Below, piece after piece: positions 63,246 through 64,000 of a stretch of DNA of 64,000 nt. A program made the translations under genes and the position numbers. The stretch's first letter is position 1. Each line of letters opens with the position of its first letter. The stretch is taken from contig NW_024704742.1 of assembly GCF_018977255.1 (NCBI RefSeq), positions 59,336,001-59,400,000 of the forward strand, in the 5' to 3' direction. The notes under the pieces are model-generated. The model was not told where the DNA came from. It saw only the letters and a program-made list of their open reading frames with translations, and did no database searches. The stretch is from Callorhinchus milii. Lineage: Eukaryota.

Positions 63246-64000
63246 GCTCAGAAAATGCAGTGTGTATTGGGAATTATGCTGTGTTCGTTATACCCTCAGC
63301 TACCATATAATATTCAAGATTGCAACAATAACTCACACTGCTGTAATGACTTTCATTTCATGGAGGACATCTCGAAGAGTTTCATGCAGCTTTGAGAGTA
63401 GAGCTGGGTTTGGGGGATTCCGGCAGGTGTAAAGGTGACTGAAAGCACAGTTGAAAAGGTCTTAAGACAGGCTTTAAAAGAGAAGGGGTGGTGAGGAAGG
63501 GGCAGGTTGGTTGAAAGCTTGCCAATCAATGATGGAGGCAAATCAGGTGGTGGATATGAAGCCGGCCATTTGTTCATTGAACAAAGTGGATGGCTGGGAT
63601 GTAGTTGGTTACAGAGTGGGGCAAGGCAGTGGAGAAATTTGAATCTGAGGATGAGGATCATCAATTTGATCCAATGGGGATAGGGATCCAGCAGAGCCGA
63701 GTGAGTATGAGGCTTCTGGAACGTGTTGTGGGAGAGGACATGAGCTGCAGAGTTCTGGATGGTCTGATAGGGAGGAGCCTGGAAGTGATGAAGGCATGAA
63801 TGAGGAAATACAAAATGAACATTTCCAATTCTCTGTGGCTTTAGTTTAAAAATAACAGAAATATTTTGTGCAGATAGTTATAATATATACAAATCTACAC
63901 CTTCCTCTGTATTCATATGCACACATTCAGAACCTTGATTATGCCCACAGATCCCTGTTGCGTGCCCGTCTGCAATTTCCAGTATTGACCTTGTGTGCAT

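Noticed and set aside
1..64000. CRISPR arrays, operons or other prokaryotic systems
   Set aside because: The sequence is eukaryotic and shows no regularly spaced repeat-spacer structure or dense coding.

Overview
Vertebrate genomic DNA, AT-rich and dense in retroelements. The repeat content (L2 LINEs, CR1 relics, Deu-domain SINEs, a Penelope-type palindrome) fits a cartilaginous fish; this is inference. There is no intact conventional gene, and most long ORFs in the track are L2 reverse-transcriptase fragments or their antisense frames. Main results: (1) An apparently full-length young L2 LINE at 33581-37283 with a 6-bp TSD and one EN+RT ORF broken by a single 1-nt deletion. Its 5' leader holds a 57-nt poly(A) tract enclosed by consensus GT-AG splice sites and long-range base pairing. 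(2) A chain of 6-7 phase-compatible minus-strand exons across 4.7-58 kb, encoding a protein I do not recognise. It has nonsense codons (mostly TGA) but no frameshifts, so it may be a unitary pseudogene. (3) Three L2 insertions at the same ~10-bp site of the Deu SINE domain. (4) Modular CORE/Deu chimeric SINEs that use the L2 3' stem-loop. (5) A palindromic Penelope-type insertion with a 17-bp TSD and a decayed hammerhead core. (6) An unclassified ~0.6-kb repeat in five copies. All coordinates were read by eye and no database searches were run.
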